This document shows, piece after piece, positions 39,174 to 49,129 of a stretch of DNA of 64,000 bases. Each line of letters starts with the position of its first letter. Positions within the stretch are counted from its first letter, which is position 1. The notes under the pieces are model-generated. The model was not told where the DNA came from and ran no database searches. It saw only the letters and a list, made by a program, of their open reading frames with translations. The DNA is from an uncultured Planctomycetia bacterium. GTDB taxonomy: Bacteria > Omnitrophota > Gorgyraeia > Gorgyraeales > Gorgyraeaceae. The stretch spans positions 4,156 to 68,155 of the forward strand of contig CAYPYS010000003.1 of assembly GCA_964415355.1 (NCBI GenBank), read 5' to 3'. The translations under genes were made by a program, and so were the position numbers.

Positions 39174-40522
39174 TTTAGGACTAGGGGAAGTCTCGATATT
39201 ATCCTGCCTTTAAGGCAGTGGGGATTGCCGGCATAAAGATCTCCTGTTGTTGAAAAAACCTCTGCCCTGCAACTACCCCTGCATCTCTTTCTGAAAAAAC
39301 ACGCCTTGCACGGAAAGTCAAATCTATCCACGTCCATAAGGCTGAGCATCTGCGGAGAATTCCAGATCTCCCCTATATTTTCTTCCAATATGTTTCCAAG
39401 CGGATGATGTAACAGCTCGCAGAAAAATATAGACCCTTCATGGTCTATATTAGTCTCTATATGTCCGCCGTAACAGGAAGTGATTATCGTGACCATGGGC
39501 CTTCCGATCCCATCCCTATTAAGATAGCCCAGGCACTTAAGAAATCCGAATTCCAATTTATTGAGCGCCAGTGTATCGCTATGTTCGCGGCCGCGGCCGG
39601 CCCTGATAAATGTATTGACAATAATCCTTGATACATTGAAATCTTTAAAAAATCTCCTGAGCCTGAATATATCAGAAAAGTTTCTGTGTGTCGCTGTAAA
39701 GTTTATATAGGTATCTATGCCTTCTTTGGAGAGTTTTTCTAAAATTGCGATGGCCTTTTTAAAATGCCCTTCCCCTCTTATGAGGTCATTAGACCTGGAA
39801 GATACTCCGTCCATGCCCATAGACAACGTTATATCTTTTCTCTTGCCGAGTTCTTTTATTTCCTTATCTTTCAGAAGCATGCCATTTGTATTTATCCTGA
39901 CCTTCATGTCCCTGGATAAAATGCAGTCTATTATATCAAATATATGAGGATTTAAAAATGATTCTCCGCCCGTTAAAATAACCTCGAAGACCCCTGCCGC
40001 TTTTATCCTGTCCACTATCTTCCTGATCCTGTGTAAATCTATCCCGCGATCGTCGCCTTTTTCAGGGAGATTATAGCAATGAGCGCATTTCAGATTGCAC
40101 TCATGCGTAATCGTAAAAAATACCCTGAGAGGATATCTGGGCCTGGCGAATCTTGAATAATCCATGTATCCCAGATCAAAAGACTTTATGTCTGGTTTTA
40201 TAAATTTAGGAAGATTATATCGAGGGGCGATATTGTCGCCAAAACCGACCTTGTCGCCATTGAATCGAGAGGTAATAATCTCTTTTTTAAGCAGGTCGTT
40301 CAAAAACTTCTTTACAATAAACCTGGTATGATTATTATTTAAATCAGCGCATTTAAAAGATCCGACAAGCTGTGACAGGTCTACGCCATTGCAATAATAG
40401 AATATAATGGACGCTGTTTCGTTTAGCGTCCAGTATCTATCATTGCGATAGATGATTATCTTGGAACCGTCTTCCCATCGCCATCTTATACTATCATTTT
40501 TATAAAATAATGGGCTCTTCAT
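39170..40522 (-). CDS. PqqD(RRE)-fused radical SAM/SPASM protein
   Basis: LNETA..I...C.G PqqD pattern, CNLKCAHC, and SPASM CKAC....CRGSC...C. Confidence 0.8.
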   Translation of the reverse strand: MKSPLFYKNDSIRWRWEDGSKIIIYRNDRYWTLNETASIIFYYCNGVDLSQLVGSFKCADLNNNHTRFIVKKFLNDLLKKEIITSRFNGDKVGFGDNIAPRYNLPKFIKPDIKSFDLGYMDYSRFARPRYPLRVFFTITHECNLKCAHCYNLPEKGDDRGIDLHRIRKIVDRIKAAGVFEVILTGGESFLNPHIFDIIDCILSRDMKVRINTNGMLLKDKEIKELGKRKDITLSMGMDGVSSRSNDLIRGEGHFKKAIAILEKLSKEGIDTYINFTATHRNFSDIFRLRRFFKDFNVSRIIVNTFIRAGRGREHSDTLALNKLEFGFLKCLGYLNRDGIGRPMVTIITSCYGGHIETNIDHEGSIFFCELLHHPLGNILEENIGEIWNSPQMLSLMDVDRFDFPCKACFFRKRCRGSCRAEVFSTTGDLYAGNPHCLKGRIISRLPLVLK

Positions 40523-40523
40523 A

Positions 40524-41582
40524 TCATATATTAATATTTTTGTAAGATATATCCAGCTTTGCAGGCAGGATATATCTCGCGCGAAAATCAGGATTATTCA
40601 TAAGGCACCCTTTGTATCCCGAATTAAAAATAGGGTGTGCCCACATAGACTCTAATATTTTATTCAGGGGTCTAGTGCGCATATCCCCGAAACTTACAGG
40701 CACAAAAGGACAAGGCTGCACCTCTCCATAACAGGAGACATAAAAAAAATCTTTTTTTAAGGCTGCGCAAAACCTCTCATCATTTTTACAAAAAGCTTCG
40801 CTGGATTCCAGATACACGAAACCAGGATCAGCGAGCTTCCTGACCTCATTCTCTTCTTCACTGGTCAGTCTCTCTTCTTCTCTGTCCACCCATCTGCCGG
40901 CCAATGTCGCAAATATAACCCGCACAGAGTTGACCTTTAATCTCCTGCCGATATCTATGATCTTCTTCAGCCGTCCACTCTTTATCTTATCTCTATGGGC
41001 GTTCATAAATATGCTGCAGGAAAGGCCTTCCTTAACGCAGGCCTTTATGCCATCAATGGCATTTTCAAAACATCCCTCTGCCTTTGATACTAAATCATGG
41101 CTCTCTCTATCAGGGCCTTCGATCCTCACAAAAATATGATTCAGCCCGGACTTTTTTAATTTCAAAACTACATCCCTGGAAAGATCTACTCCATTAGTTT
41201 CCATTTCAGTAAATAAACCTCTACTGACAGCATAGTCGATCAGCTCATATATATCTTTTCTGAGAAGAGGTTCCCCTCCTATAAAAGAAACAGCAGTGCA
41301 CATGGACGGGTATTCCGCGATCTCGTCCAGTATCTTTTTGACCTCAAAAGAGGAAAGTTCTTTTTCAGGATGCCTGTCATAACTCCCGCACCAGCAATAG
41401 TCACACTTACAATGGCACTCATATGTGAGATTGACCATTGCCTTTAAAACGCCTCCCCTTATGCTCTTGAGAGGATGAACGCAAAGCGTCCTGATCGAAC
41501 GCGCCAGCTGGCAGGACAATCGATTGCTGAATTTTTCCCTGAATTTCAATCTATAATTCTTTAACCTGGCTATGAAATCCAC
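40524..41582 (-). CDS. Radical SAM protein with a Twitch/SPASM-like tail
   Basis: CHCKCDYC, GGEP and C...YGEVQPCPF motifs. Confidence 0.85.
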   Translation of the reverse strand: MDFIARLKNYRLKFREKFSNRLSCQLARSIRTLCVHPLKSIRGGVLKAMVNLTYECHCKCDYCWCGSYDRHPEKELSSFEVKKILDEIAEYPSMCTAVSFIGGEPLLRKDIYELIDYAVSRGLFTEMETNGVDLSRDVVLKLKKSGLNHIFVRIEGPDRESHDLVSKAEGCFENAIDGIKACVKEGLSCSIFMNAHRDKIKSGRLKKIIDIGRRLKVNSVRVIFATLAGRWVDREEERLTSEEENEVRKLADPGFVYLESSEAFCKNDERFCAALKKDFFYVSCYGEVQPCPFVPVSFGDMRTRPLNKILESMWAHPIFNSGYKGCLMNNPDFRARYILPAKLDISYKNINI

Positions 41583-41599
41583 ACAAATCTCCTGCGCAG

Positions 41600-43009
41600 C
41601 TAAAAAATAGTCTTAAAAAAATTAACCACCCTGCCTGTTAATTCATTGATCTCGGAATATCCAAAAATTTCTCTAAGGAGATACGCCGGTCTTAAATAAA
41701 AATCACGGTAACATCTTTTGCGATATTTTATCAACGTATCCATGTCCAGTCCGTATGTTGTATGCGCCAACTTTTTGGGAGAAGAATATTTGTGATAGTG
41801 CCGGTATTCCACGTCCTTTTTGATCTCTCCTCTGGCCAATGCCGTTTTATATAATTTTGATCCGGGGAATGGCTGTGTAATAAAAAACACAGCTCTGTCC
41901 AGAGGTAATTTTTTTGCAAATTTTAAAGTATCTCTAATGCTCTTATCATTATCACCCGGCAGGCCTATCATGAAAAACGCCACTGTCTTTATGCCTGCCT
42001 TCCTGGTCTCGTGAATAGTTTTCTCAATGCATTCTAACTTTATGCCTTTATTTATATTGTCCAGGACCCTCTGATTGCCGGATTCGACGCCATACCCTAT
42101 CTGCCAGCAACCTGATGCCTTCATGGCCTTGAGCGTCTCCGGCGTTACCCGATCGACCCTGCCCATACATGACCAGTCAATCTTTAAGTTCCTGGATATA
42201 AGCTTACGGCATAATTCCATAACCCTTTCCGGACTAAAAGTAAACAGATCATCTACGATACTTACTTCACTGACACCGTACTTATCAACCAGTACCTGTA
42301 TTTCATCCAATATATGTCCTGCACTGCGCGTCCTGAATTGATTGCCGAAAACTGCCTGGTCGCAGAAAACACATTTATACGGGCAGCCGCGGCTAGTGAT
42401 AATGATTGCGTTCGGCAGAGACTTGTAATAGCAATATCTGTATTTATCAACCGGTGGCAACAGGTGCCGTGCAGGAAGAGGTATTGTATCCAGGTCCTCT
42501 ATGTACGGCCTCTTCGTAGTACGGACAGGTTTTTTGCCATTATTGAAGATTATGCCTTTTATATCAGGGATCTTGTCTTTTCTGCGCGCGGAGATGGCAT
42601 CTGCAAGTTCTACTATAGTGCGCTCTCCTTCTCCGAGAACACCGTAATCAAAGCACCCTGTTTCCATTGTCTCTTCAGGAAGTGCGCTAACATGGGGCCC
42701 TCCTATGACTACGGTATAGTCGCCAAGTGATTTTATCTTTTCCGCCAATAATCTTGTTATGCAGAAATCAGGCGTGGAAGAGCCAAGGCCAACAATGCCT
42801 GGATTAAATCCTGAAACATGCTCCAGGATACTGTCTATAGAGAACCTCTCTGCCTTGGCATCTATTATCTTCACATCATAACCTGCGTTTTCTAATGCCG
42901 CGGCTATATAGGCCAGGCCAAGGGGCTGCGACCTGTCATAGACATGCCCAAAGCTCCTGACGCCGGATTCCAAATCACTCGGAGGATGGATCAAAAGTAT
43001 CTTCAGCAA
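41600..43009 (-). CDS. B12-binding radical SAM protein
   Basis: PLGLAY, GGPH, GEGE, SRGCPYKCVFC, DDLF and GVESG motifs. Confidence 0.9.
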   Translation of the reverse strand: MLKILLIHPPSDLESGVRSFGHVYDRSQPLGLAYIAAALENAGYDVKIIDAKAERFSIDSILEHVSGFNPGIVGLGSSTPDFCITRLLAEKIKSLGDYTVVIGGPHVSALPEETMETGCFDYGVLGEGERTIVELADAISARRKDKIPDIKGIIFNNGKKPVRTTKRPYIEDLDTIPLPARHLLPPVDKYRYCYYKSLPNAIIITSRGCPYKCVFCDQAVFGNQFRTRSAGHILDEIQVLVDKYGVSEVSIVDDLFTFSPERVMELCRKLISRNLKIDWSCMGRVDRVTPETLKAMKASGCWQIGYGVESGNQRVLDNINKGIKLECIEKTIHETRKAGIKTVAFFMIGLPGDNDKSIRDTLKFAKKLPLDRAVFFITQPFPGSKLYKTALARGEIKKDVEYRHYHKYSSPKKLAHTTYGLDMDTLIKYRKRCYRDFYLRPAYLLREIFGYSEINELTGRVVNFFKTIF

Positions 43010-44334
43010 AACATTGCCCTCAAAATATTCGACATCCTTAGAAACAGGACTTTAAATCCGCGATATCTGATAATCTGTTTCAAAAGATACAGTGGCCGCA
43101 TATAAAATTCGCGGTAAAATTTATTTCTGTATCTTACCAGTGTCTCTGCGGTAAGATCCTTTGCCACATAAGCAAAGCGGTTATGGGCAGCCATGTTGTG
43201 ATAATAACGGTATTCTATGTCTTTAAATATCTCTTTTCTGGCAACGGCATTTTTGTATAGCTCTGATCCGGGAAAAGGCTGAGTGATGCGAAAACCGAGC
43301 TTATCCAGGCCGAGCCTTTTTACAAAACTCAAACTGTCCCTGATATTTTGTTCATTGTCTCCCGGCAATCCTATCATGAGAAAGGCCGCTGCCTCAATGC
43401 CTGCCGTTCTGGTCTGGAAAATAGTCTCTTTGATGCCAGACAGGTTGATATTTTTATTTATCCTGTCCAATGTATCCTGACTACCGGACTCGATCCCGTA
43501 TATGATCTGCCAGCATCCTGCTGACTTCATGGCCTTGAGCGTTTCCGGGGTTACGTGATCTGTCCTGCTCAAGCATGACCAAACCACGTTCATCTTTCTG
43601 GATATTAGCTCGCGGCAAAACTTCAGGATCCTTTCGCGGTCTACGGTAAAAAGATCATCTACGATATCTATGCCTTTTACACCATGTCTTTTTACCAGCA
43701 TCTCTATCTCATCTACTATATTAGGAACGCTCCGCCTTCTGAGATGGTTGCCAAAGACTGCCTGGTCGCAGAAAACACATTTATACGGGCAGCCGCGTGT
43801 GGTTATTATTGTAGCTGTAGGCAAATATCTATACCAGCTGTAACTATATCTCCTTATATCAGGCAGTAATCTCCGTGCAGGAAGAGGTATTGTATCCAGG
43901 TCCTCTATGTACGGCCTCTTCGTAGTACGGACAGGTTTTTTGCCATTATTGAAGATTATGCCTTTTATATCAGGGATCTTGTCTTTTCTGCGCGCGGAGA
44001 TGGCATCTGCAAGTTCTACTATAGTGCGCTCTCCTTCTCCGAGAACACCGTAATCAAAGCACCCTGTTTCCATTGTCTCTTCAGGAAGTGCGCTAACATG
44101 GGGCCCTCCTATGACTACGGTATAGTCGCCAAGTGATTTTATCTTTTCCGCCAATAATCTTGTTATGCAGAAATCAGGCGTGGAAGAGCCAAGGCCAACA
44201 ATGCCTGGATTAAATCCTGAAACATGCTCCAGGATACTGTCTATAGAGAACCTCTCTGCCTTGGCATCTATTATCTTCACATCATAACCTGCGTTTTCTA
44301 ATGCCGCGGCTATATAGGCCAGGCCAAGGGGCTG
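42467..44334. repeat. 462-bp direct repeat, 42467-42928 = 43873-44334 (B12-binding domain)
   Basis: Identical peptide from QPLGLAY to IPLPAR, and the DNA looks identical by eye. A partial third copy lies at about 45464-45559. Confidence 0.85.
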
Positions 44335-44421
44335 ATATATATCAATGACGGGATTTAGCCTCCCTCCCATGCCTAAATAATCGACCGGCGGATAAACTAA
44401 AAGTATTTTATTTTTTTTCAT
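43003..44421 (-). CDS. B12-binding radical SAM protein
   Basis: Same motifs, with TRGCPYKCVFC. Confidence 0.9.
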   Translation of the reverse strand: MKKNKILLVYPPVDYLGMGGRLNPVIDIYQPLGLAYIAAALENAGYDVKIIDAKAERFSIDSILEHVSGFNPGIVGLGSSTPDFCITRLLAEKIKSLGDYTVVIGGPHVSALPEETMETGCFDYGVLGEGERTIVELADAISARRKDKIPDIKGIIFNNGKKPVRTTKRPYIEDLDTIPLPARRLLPDIRRYSYSWYRYLPTATIITTRGCPYKCVFCDQAVFGNHLRRRSVPNIVDEIEMLVKRHGVKGIDIVDDLFTVDRERILKFCRELISRKMNVVWSCLSRTDHVTPETLKAMKSAGCWQIIYGIESGSQDTLDRINKNINLSGIKETIFQTRTAGIEAAAFLMIGLPGDNEQNIRDSLSFVKRLGLDKLGFRITQPFPGSELYKNAVARKEIFKDIEYRYYHNMAAHNRFAYVAKDLTAETLVRYRNKFYREFYMRPLYLLKQIIRYRGFKVLFLRMSNILRAMFC

Positions 44422-44422
44422 T

Positions 44423-45850
44423 TTAAAAAATTGATTTCATAAAAGCCCTGATTCGCCTCGGAAAAGCCCGAAATTCTCTATAACTAAAAATCTGGTTGAT
44501 AACAAACGACGGCCGCATATAAAATTCGCGGTAAAACCTATTCCTGCATTTCACCAGGGTCTCTGCGGTAAGGCCGCGCGGGACATAGGGCAACTCTTTA
44601 TGAAAATTATCATTGTCGTAATAATGATATCCTACGTCTTTCCTGATCTCTCCTCTAGCAAGGGCTGTCTTGTATAACTCTGATCCTGGAAAAGGCTGCG
44701 TGATGCAAAACGCTACTCTATCCAGTGAAAGCCTCTTGGAAAAATCAATGGTCTCGCGCATGCTTTTTTCATCATCACCTGGCAGCCCCACTAGAAAAAA
44801 GCCCTGCGTCCTTATCTTCACCCTTTTAGTCCAGCTAACAGCCTTCTCTGCAACCTCCAACGTGATATCTTTCTTGATCGAGTCCAGGATCTTTTGATTG
44901 CCTGACTCAATCCCATAATTTATGTGCCAGCAACCAGCTTTTTTCATGATCCTAAGCATCTCCGGCGTAACACAATTAACCCTTCCCATGCAGAGCCATG
45001 CTATCTTTAATCTCCTAGACATCAACTTACTACAAAATTCCATGACCCTTTCGCGGTTTACAGTAAACAAATCATCCACTATCTCTATCTCGCGAACGCC
45101 GTAATCTTTCACTAGCATCTCTACTTCGTCCAATATATTCCCTATGCTTCTCATCCTTACCTTGCTGCCGAATACAGAGCGATCGCAAAACGTACATTGA
45201 TAAGGACAACCACGACTGGTAATAATAGGGGCTTTTGGTAAATATTTATAAAACTTATACTCGTATCTGCTTATATCCGACAATAATCTCCACGCCGGAA
45301 ATGGTATGGTATCCAAGTCTTTTATATATGGACGGCGCGGTGTCTTCACAATTCGAGAACCTTCTCTGAAAACCACACCCATGATATTACATGTTCCTGC
45401 TTCTTTACCATCGCATATTGCATCGACGAGCTCTAATATTGTATCCTCTCCCTCATCAATAAGGCCGTAATCAAAGCATCCTGTTTCCATTGTCTCTTCA
45501 GGAAGTGCGCTTACATGGGGCCCTCCTATGACTACGGTATAGTCGCCAAGTGATTTTATGGCCTTTGCCAGGGACTTCGTTATAAAGAAATCAGGGGTAG
45601 AGGAGCTTATGCCTATAATGCGGGGATTAAATCCTGAGACCTTTTTTAAAATATCATCTATAGAAAGCCTTTCCAACTTGGCATCTATTATCTCAACCTC
45701 GTATCCGGCTCTATCCAGCACTGCGGCTATATAAGCAAGGCCCAGAGGAGGATTCATGCAATAGAAATGCCCGGTCTTCCCGTTTTCTAAAAACGTGATA
45801 GGCGGATAGATTAAAAGGATTTTTTCTTTTTTATGATTTTCTAAAGGCAT
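44423..45850 (-). CDS. B12-binding radical SAM protein
   Basis: PPLGLAY, GGPH and SRGCPYQCTFC motifs. Confidence 0.9.
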   Translation of the reverse strand: MPLENHKKEKILLIYPPITFLENGKTGHFYCMNPPLGLAYIAAVLDRAGYEVEIIDAKLERLSIDDILKKVSGFNPRIIGISSSTPDFFITKSLAKAIKSLGDYTVVIGGPHVSALPEETMETGCFDYGLIDEGEDTILELVDAICDGKEAGTCNIMGVVFREGSRIVKTPRRPYIKDLDTIPFPAWRLLSDISRYEYKFYKYLPKAPIITSRGCPYQCTFCDRSVFGSKVRMRSIGNILDEVEMLVKDYGVREIEIVDDLFTVNRERVMEFCSKLMSRRLKIAWLCMGRVNCVTPEMLRIMKKAGCWHINYGIESGNQKILDSIKKDITLEVAEKAVSWTKRVKIRTQGFFLVGLPGDDEKSMRETIDFSKRLSLDRVAFCITQPFPGSELYKTALARGEIRKDVGYHYYDNDNFHKELPYVPRGLTAETLVKCRNRFYREFYMRPSFVINQIFSYREFRAFPRRIRAFMKSIF

Positions 45851-45857
45851 ATTAAAA

Positions 45858-46925
45858 TCAACCGCGTTCTATATCTTCAGCAAATAAAATGTCTGGCCCG
45901 GCATGCCTGACATATTTATCATGAAATCTTCTATTATTCATCAGACATCCCCTATAATTCTCATTACCAAAGATGGATTTCTTCCACATGTTGTCTAATA
46001 TTTCATTCAGCCCCTTTTCTCTGATATTTCCGAAATTAATGGGCACAAAAGGACACGGTTGTACCTCTCCATAACATGAAACATAAAACATTTTCTTATC
46101 CTTAGACGGGCATATCCTGTCCATTTCCCTGGCGCATACATAGCTGGATTCGAGATATACAAAATCCGGGGTCAAGAATTCCTTTACTGCGTTCTCTTCG
46201 GTCTCTGTTAAGACCTCATGTTCATTTTTTATCCATCTGCCGGCGCATGTAGGATAAAGAATTCTTACAGAACTTACCCTTAATTCTTTTCCTAATTTTA
46301 TTATTTCTTTGATCTGGCCATTATATATTTTTTCCTTGGTAGCTATAGTTGAAATACTGCACGATAATCCTTCTTCTACGCAATGTCCTATCCCATACAC
46401 GGCATGGCTGAAACATCCTTTAAAATCCGATATCCTGTCATGAGACTCAGGTTCGGTATTTTCTATTCTCAGGAAGACATGGTGCAGGCCGGCCTTTTTA
46501 AGTCTTTTTACATTATCTAAAGAAAGAAGGATCCCGTTTGTCTCTATCTCTGCGAACAATCCTCTTCTATTTGTGTATTTGACCAGCTCAAAGATGTCGT
46601 TCCTCATCAAGGCCTCTCCGCCGAAAAAAGTAACCACAATGCCCGAAAAAGGTAACCGGCCAATATCATCGAGCAATCTCTTGACTTCCGAAGTGCTGAT
46701 TTCTTTTTCTTTATTTTTTATATATAATCCTGAACAACAATATTCGCAGTTACACTGACATTCGTAAGTCAACCCTATTATTACCTTTAAAAAGCCATTT
46801 CTTATACCTTGATAGGGTGATCTTATCAAAAGACCGCCCCATCTCAATAACTGGGCAGAATATGAGTTGCTGAATTTTTCTCTGAATCTAAGCCTGTGAT
46901 TTTTTAATTTGCTTATTATATTCAT
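45858..46925 (-). CDS. Radical SAM protein with a Twitch/SPASM-like tail (paralog of 40524-41582)
   Basis: CQCNCEYC; shares LKN.RL.FREKFSN and YVSCYGEVQPCPFVP with the paralog. Confidence 0.85.
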   Translation of the reverse strand: MNIISKLKNHRLRFREKFSNSYSAQLLRWGGLLIRSPYQGIRNGFLKVIIGLTYECQCNCEYCCSGLYIKNKEKEISTSEVKRLLDDIGRLPFSGIVVTFFGGEALMRNDIFELVKYTNRRGLFAEIETNGILLSLDNVKRLKKAGLHHVFLRIENTEPESHDRISDFKGCFSHAVYGIGHCVEEGLSCSISTIATKEKIYNGQIKEIIKLGKELRVSSVRILYPTCAGRWIKNEHEVLTETEENAVKEFLTPDFVYLESSYVCAREMDRICPSKDKKMFYVSCYGEVQPCPFVPINFGNIREKGLNEILDNMWKKSIFGNENYRGCLMNNRRFHDKYVRHAGPDILFAEDIERG

Positions 46926-46949
46926 TTTATGAAACAGGTGTCGTATATT

Positions 46950-48152
46950 TCAATCCACAAGACAGGCGATCCTGTGCTTACGGAAAAATCTTACGGCTTT
47001 TTTCAGCCTCTCTCTAATGATCTCATCGGGTATCTCTGGTTTAATATATCCGGCCGGCGTCGCTATATTCTTACAGAAAGGAAATATCTGTACTGACTCG
47101 AATCCTATCTCTTTAATAATATTAAGTGTATCTTCGAATTCCCCCTCTGTCTCTGAGGGAAACCCAGCGATTATATGGGCATAAAATCTCAGGCCACTGT
47201 GCGCCCTTTTTAATTCGCGCAAAACCTCTTTTAACTCCTGGGCACCGTAACCTCTGTTCATCAGCTTAAGTATCCTTGTGCTGCCTGACTGCACCATGCA
47301 GCTGACCACTTCTATTTTTCTTGATTTAAAAACAGTGATCAGTTCTTTCCTGTATTTAACCATCCATTTCGGGTTAAGGTAATCTATCTGGATCTTAAAA
47401 TCCTTGTCTATCTCTACAATTCTCTTAAGTAAATCCGGCAATGTATGACCCGTATCCAGGCCATATGCCCCGACATTATCCCCGACCAGTATAATCCTTT
47501 TGTGACCACTGCTTAATGCCCTGCGAAACTCTTCGATACAGACCTCTATGGGTTTACTGCGCAGTTCCCCGACCGCGCGCCATATAACGCAATAGGAACA
47601 ATGGCTGTCCACGCAGCCATCGCATATCCTGATGTAATACGTTTTAAAAAGAGCGGTCTTTTCTTTTATGTATATCCATGTCCGCTTTAAAAGTCCCGGA
47701 CATAATTTTATATTTATACCCGAGCTAGAAACCCTCTTTAATTTTCGGGAGATCGATTCAGGATACAGGAGATTTGCATCCGGCAGATCCTTGAACTTCA
47801 CTTTAAAATCCGGGAATAGACCATCTATGCGTTCATTGTCCGATGTCGCAAAGCTCTCGCCCTTAAAGCTTTTCTTTAATTCTTCCTCGTTAACGGCCTT
47901 TAAGCAGCCGCCGATTATCAGGTCGCTGTTGTAATTATTTAATTCCCTTATCCTTTTAAACGCGAGCTCTTCTATATTTTTCTTATATGCGCAGGTGATA
48001 AATAATATTTTATCTGTTTTTTTCGGGCTGGTGCTGATATTGAACCCATTGGACAAAAAATATTTTTCAAATTTTCTGGCGTCCAGGGTCCTGGCTGGAC
48101 AGCTTCCCATATGTTCTATGTAAATAGACTTGGTGGCGGTCTCAGGTTTCAT
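46950..48152 (-). CDS. MiaB/RimO-like methylthiotransferase-family radical SAM lacking a TRAM domain
   Basis: UPF0004-like Cys residues (GSC, ITC, GGC), GCVDSHCSYC, QSGS..IL..MNR.Y and GFPSETE. Confidence 0.8.
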   Translation of the reverse strand: MKPETATKSIYIEHMGSCPARTLDARKFEKYFLSNGFNISTSPKKTDKILFITCAYKKNIEELAFKRIRELNNYNSDLIIGGCLKAVNEEELKKSFKGESFATSDNERIDGLFPDFKVKFKDLPDANLLYPESISRKLKRVSSSGINIKLCPGLLKRTWIYIKEKTALFKTYYIRICDGCVDSHCSYCVIWRAVGELRSKPIEVCIEEFRRALSSGHKRIILVGDNVGAYGLDTGHTLPDLLKRIVEIDKDFKIQIDYLNPKWMVKYRKELITVFKSRKIEVVSCMVQSGSTRILKLMNRGYGAQELKEVLRELKRAHSGLRFYAHIIAGFPSETEGEFEDTLNIIKEIGFESVQIFPFCKNIATPAGYIKPEIPDEIIRERLKKAVRFFRKHRIACLVD

Positions 48153-48163
48153 GTTTCCCCTTG

Positions 48164-49129
48164 TTATAAACATTTATGAAGCGTATGCTTTGCCCTGATA
48201 AAATCCAAATTAAATCTTTGAAAAAGACGTATCGCTTCGCGGTTGGAAAGCCTGGTAGGGCATTCTACGCAATCATAATTCAAGGTCACATCCTCGAGCA
48301 TAGATTTCATCAGGCCTACGATGGCACCTTTTGCATAGGGCGCAACAGCCATAAGCGCTCCCTCTCCCATAATCCTGTAATCGCTAATACCCTGTAAATA
48401 TTTGCAAGGCCTATGCGTAAAAAAGCCTACAGGTTTATCTGCCTTTAGTGCCACAAACACCGTGTCTGCGCGCGAATTATTCTTAATCCACTCGCTATAT
48501 AAAGAATCTGCCCTGTCTTTTGGTATAAAGGGGTCCAGATGAAATCGGTCCTGAGAAAAAGACCTGCCTGCTATCTCCATAAGGGAAGCAAGGTCTTCGT
48601 CTTTATATCTTCTAACCTTATAAATCGTACGAAGAGAAGGTATTTTATGTTTTTTTGGTTTAAATACAAATGTAACTATCGTGTCCATTATTTTAAAACC
48701 GTTTTTTTTCAATATATGGATCCCTGATAAATCCTCCACATCGATCTTGCAGCTTAGATGCCTGAAGCGTTCTTCCCTGCATATATCTAACAGAAAAGAA
48801 AGTAATCCATCCTTTATCTCGGATTCCTTTTCATAGTTATCTGCGGAAATAATATGCCCTATCCCGCCCATCTTGATGCCGAAATGCCCTGTGTCCCATT
48901 CTAGCAAGCTAAGGGATGCGAGGGCCCTGGCCGTATCATTTACTTTAGCTAACAATATCCGATTATTTTTACAACCCGCTGGATCAGATATCTGTTTTAA
49001 TAAGCAGGCCTCCTGGTGTTCTTTATTTATCTCCCCGTAGCTTCTTAAATCATTATACCTGTATCCTGATATTAATCTTTTAATGTCGTCGGATACAGTA
49101 CCGGCCCTGGCTGAAATGATCTCTATCAT
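48164..49129 (-). CDS. GNAT acetyltransferase (WecD/RffC-like)
   Basis: L.WDT.HFG, RF..DP, Y.EW and T...N..A motifs. Confidence 0.7.
   Translation of the reverse strand: MIEIISARAGTVSDDIKRLISGYRYNDLRSYGEINKEHQEACLLKQISDPAGCKNNRILLAKVNDTARALASLSLLEWDTGHFGIKMGGIGHIISADNYEKESEIKDGLLSFLLDICREERFRHLSCKIDVEDLSGIHILKKNGFKIMDTIVTFVFKPKKHKIPSLRTIYKVRRYKDEDLASLMEIAGRSFSQDRFHLDPFIPKDRADSLYSEWIKNNSRADTVFVALKADKPVGFFTHRPCKYLQGISDYRIMGEGALMAVAPYAKGAIVGLMKSMLEDVTLNYDCVECPTRLSNREAIRLFQRFNLDFIRAKHTLHKCL

Noticed and set aside
42467-44334. Diversity-generating retroelement TR/VR pair
   Set aside because: The copies look identical rather than differing at adenines, both are coding, and there is no reverse transcriptase in the window.
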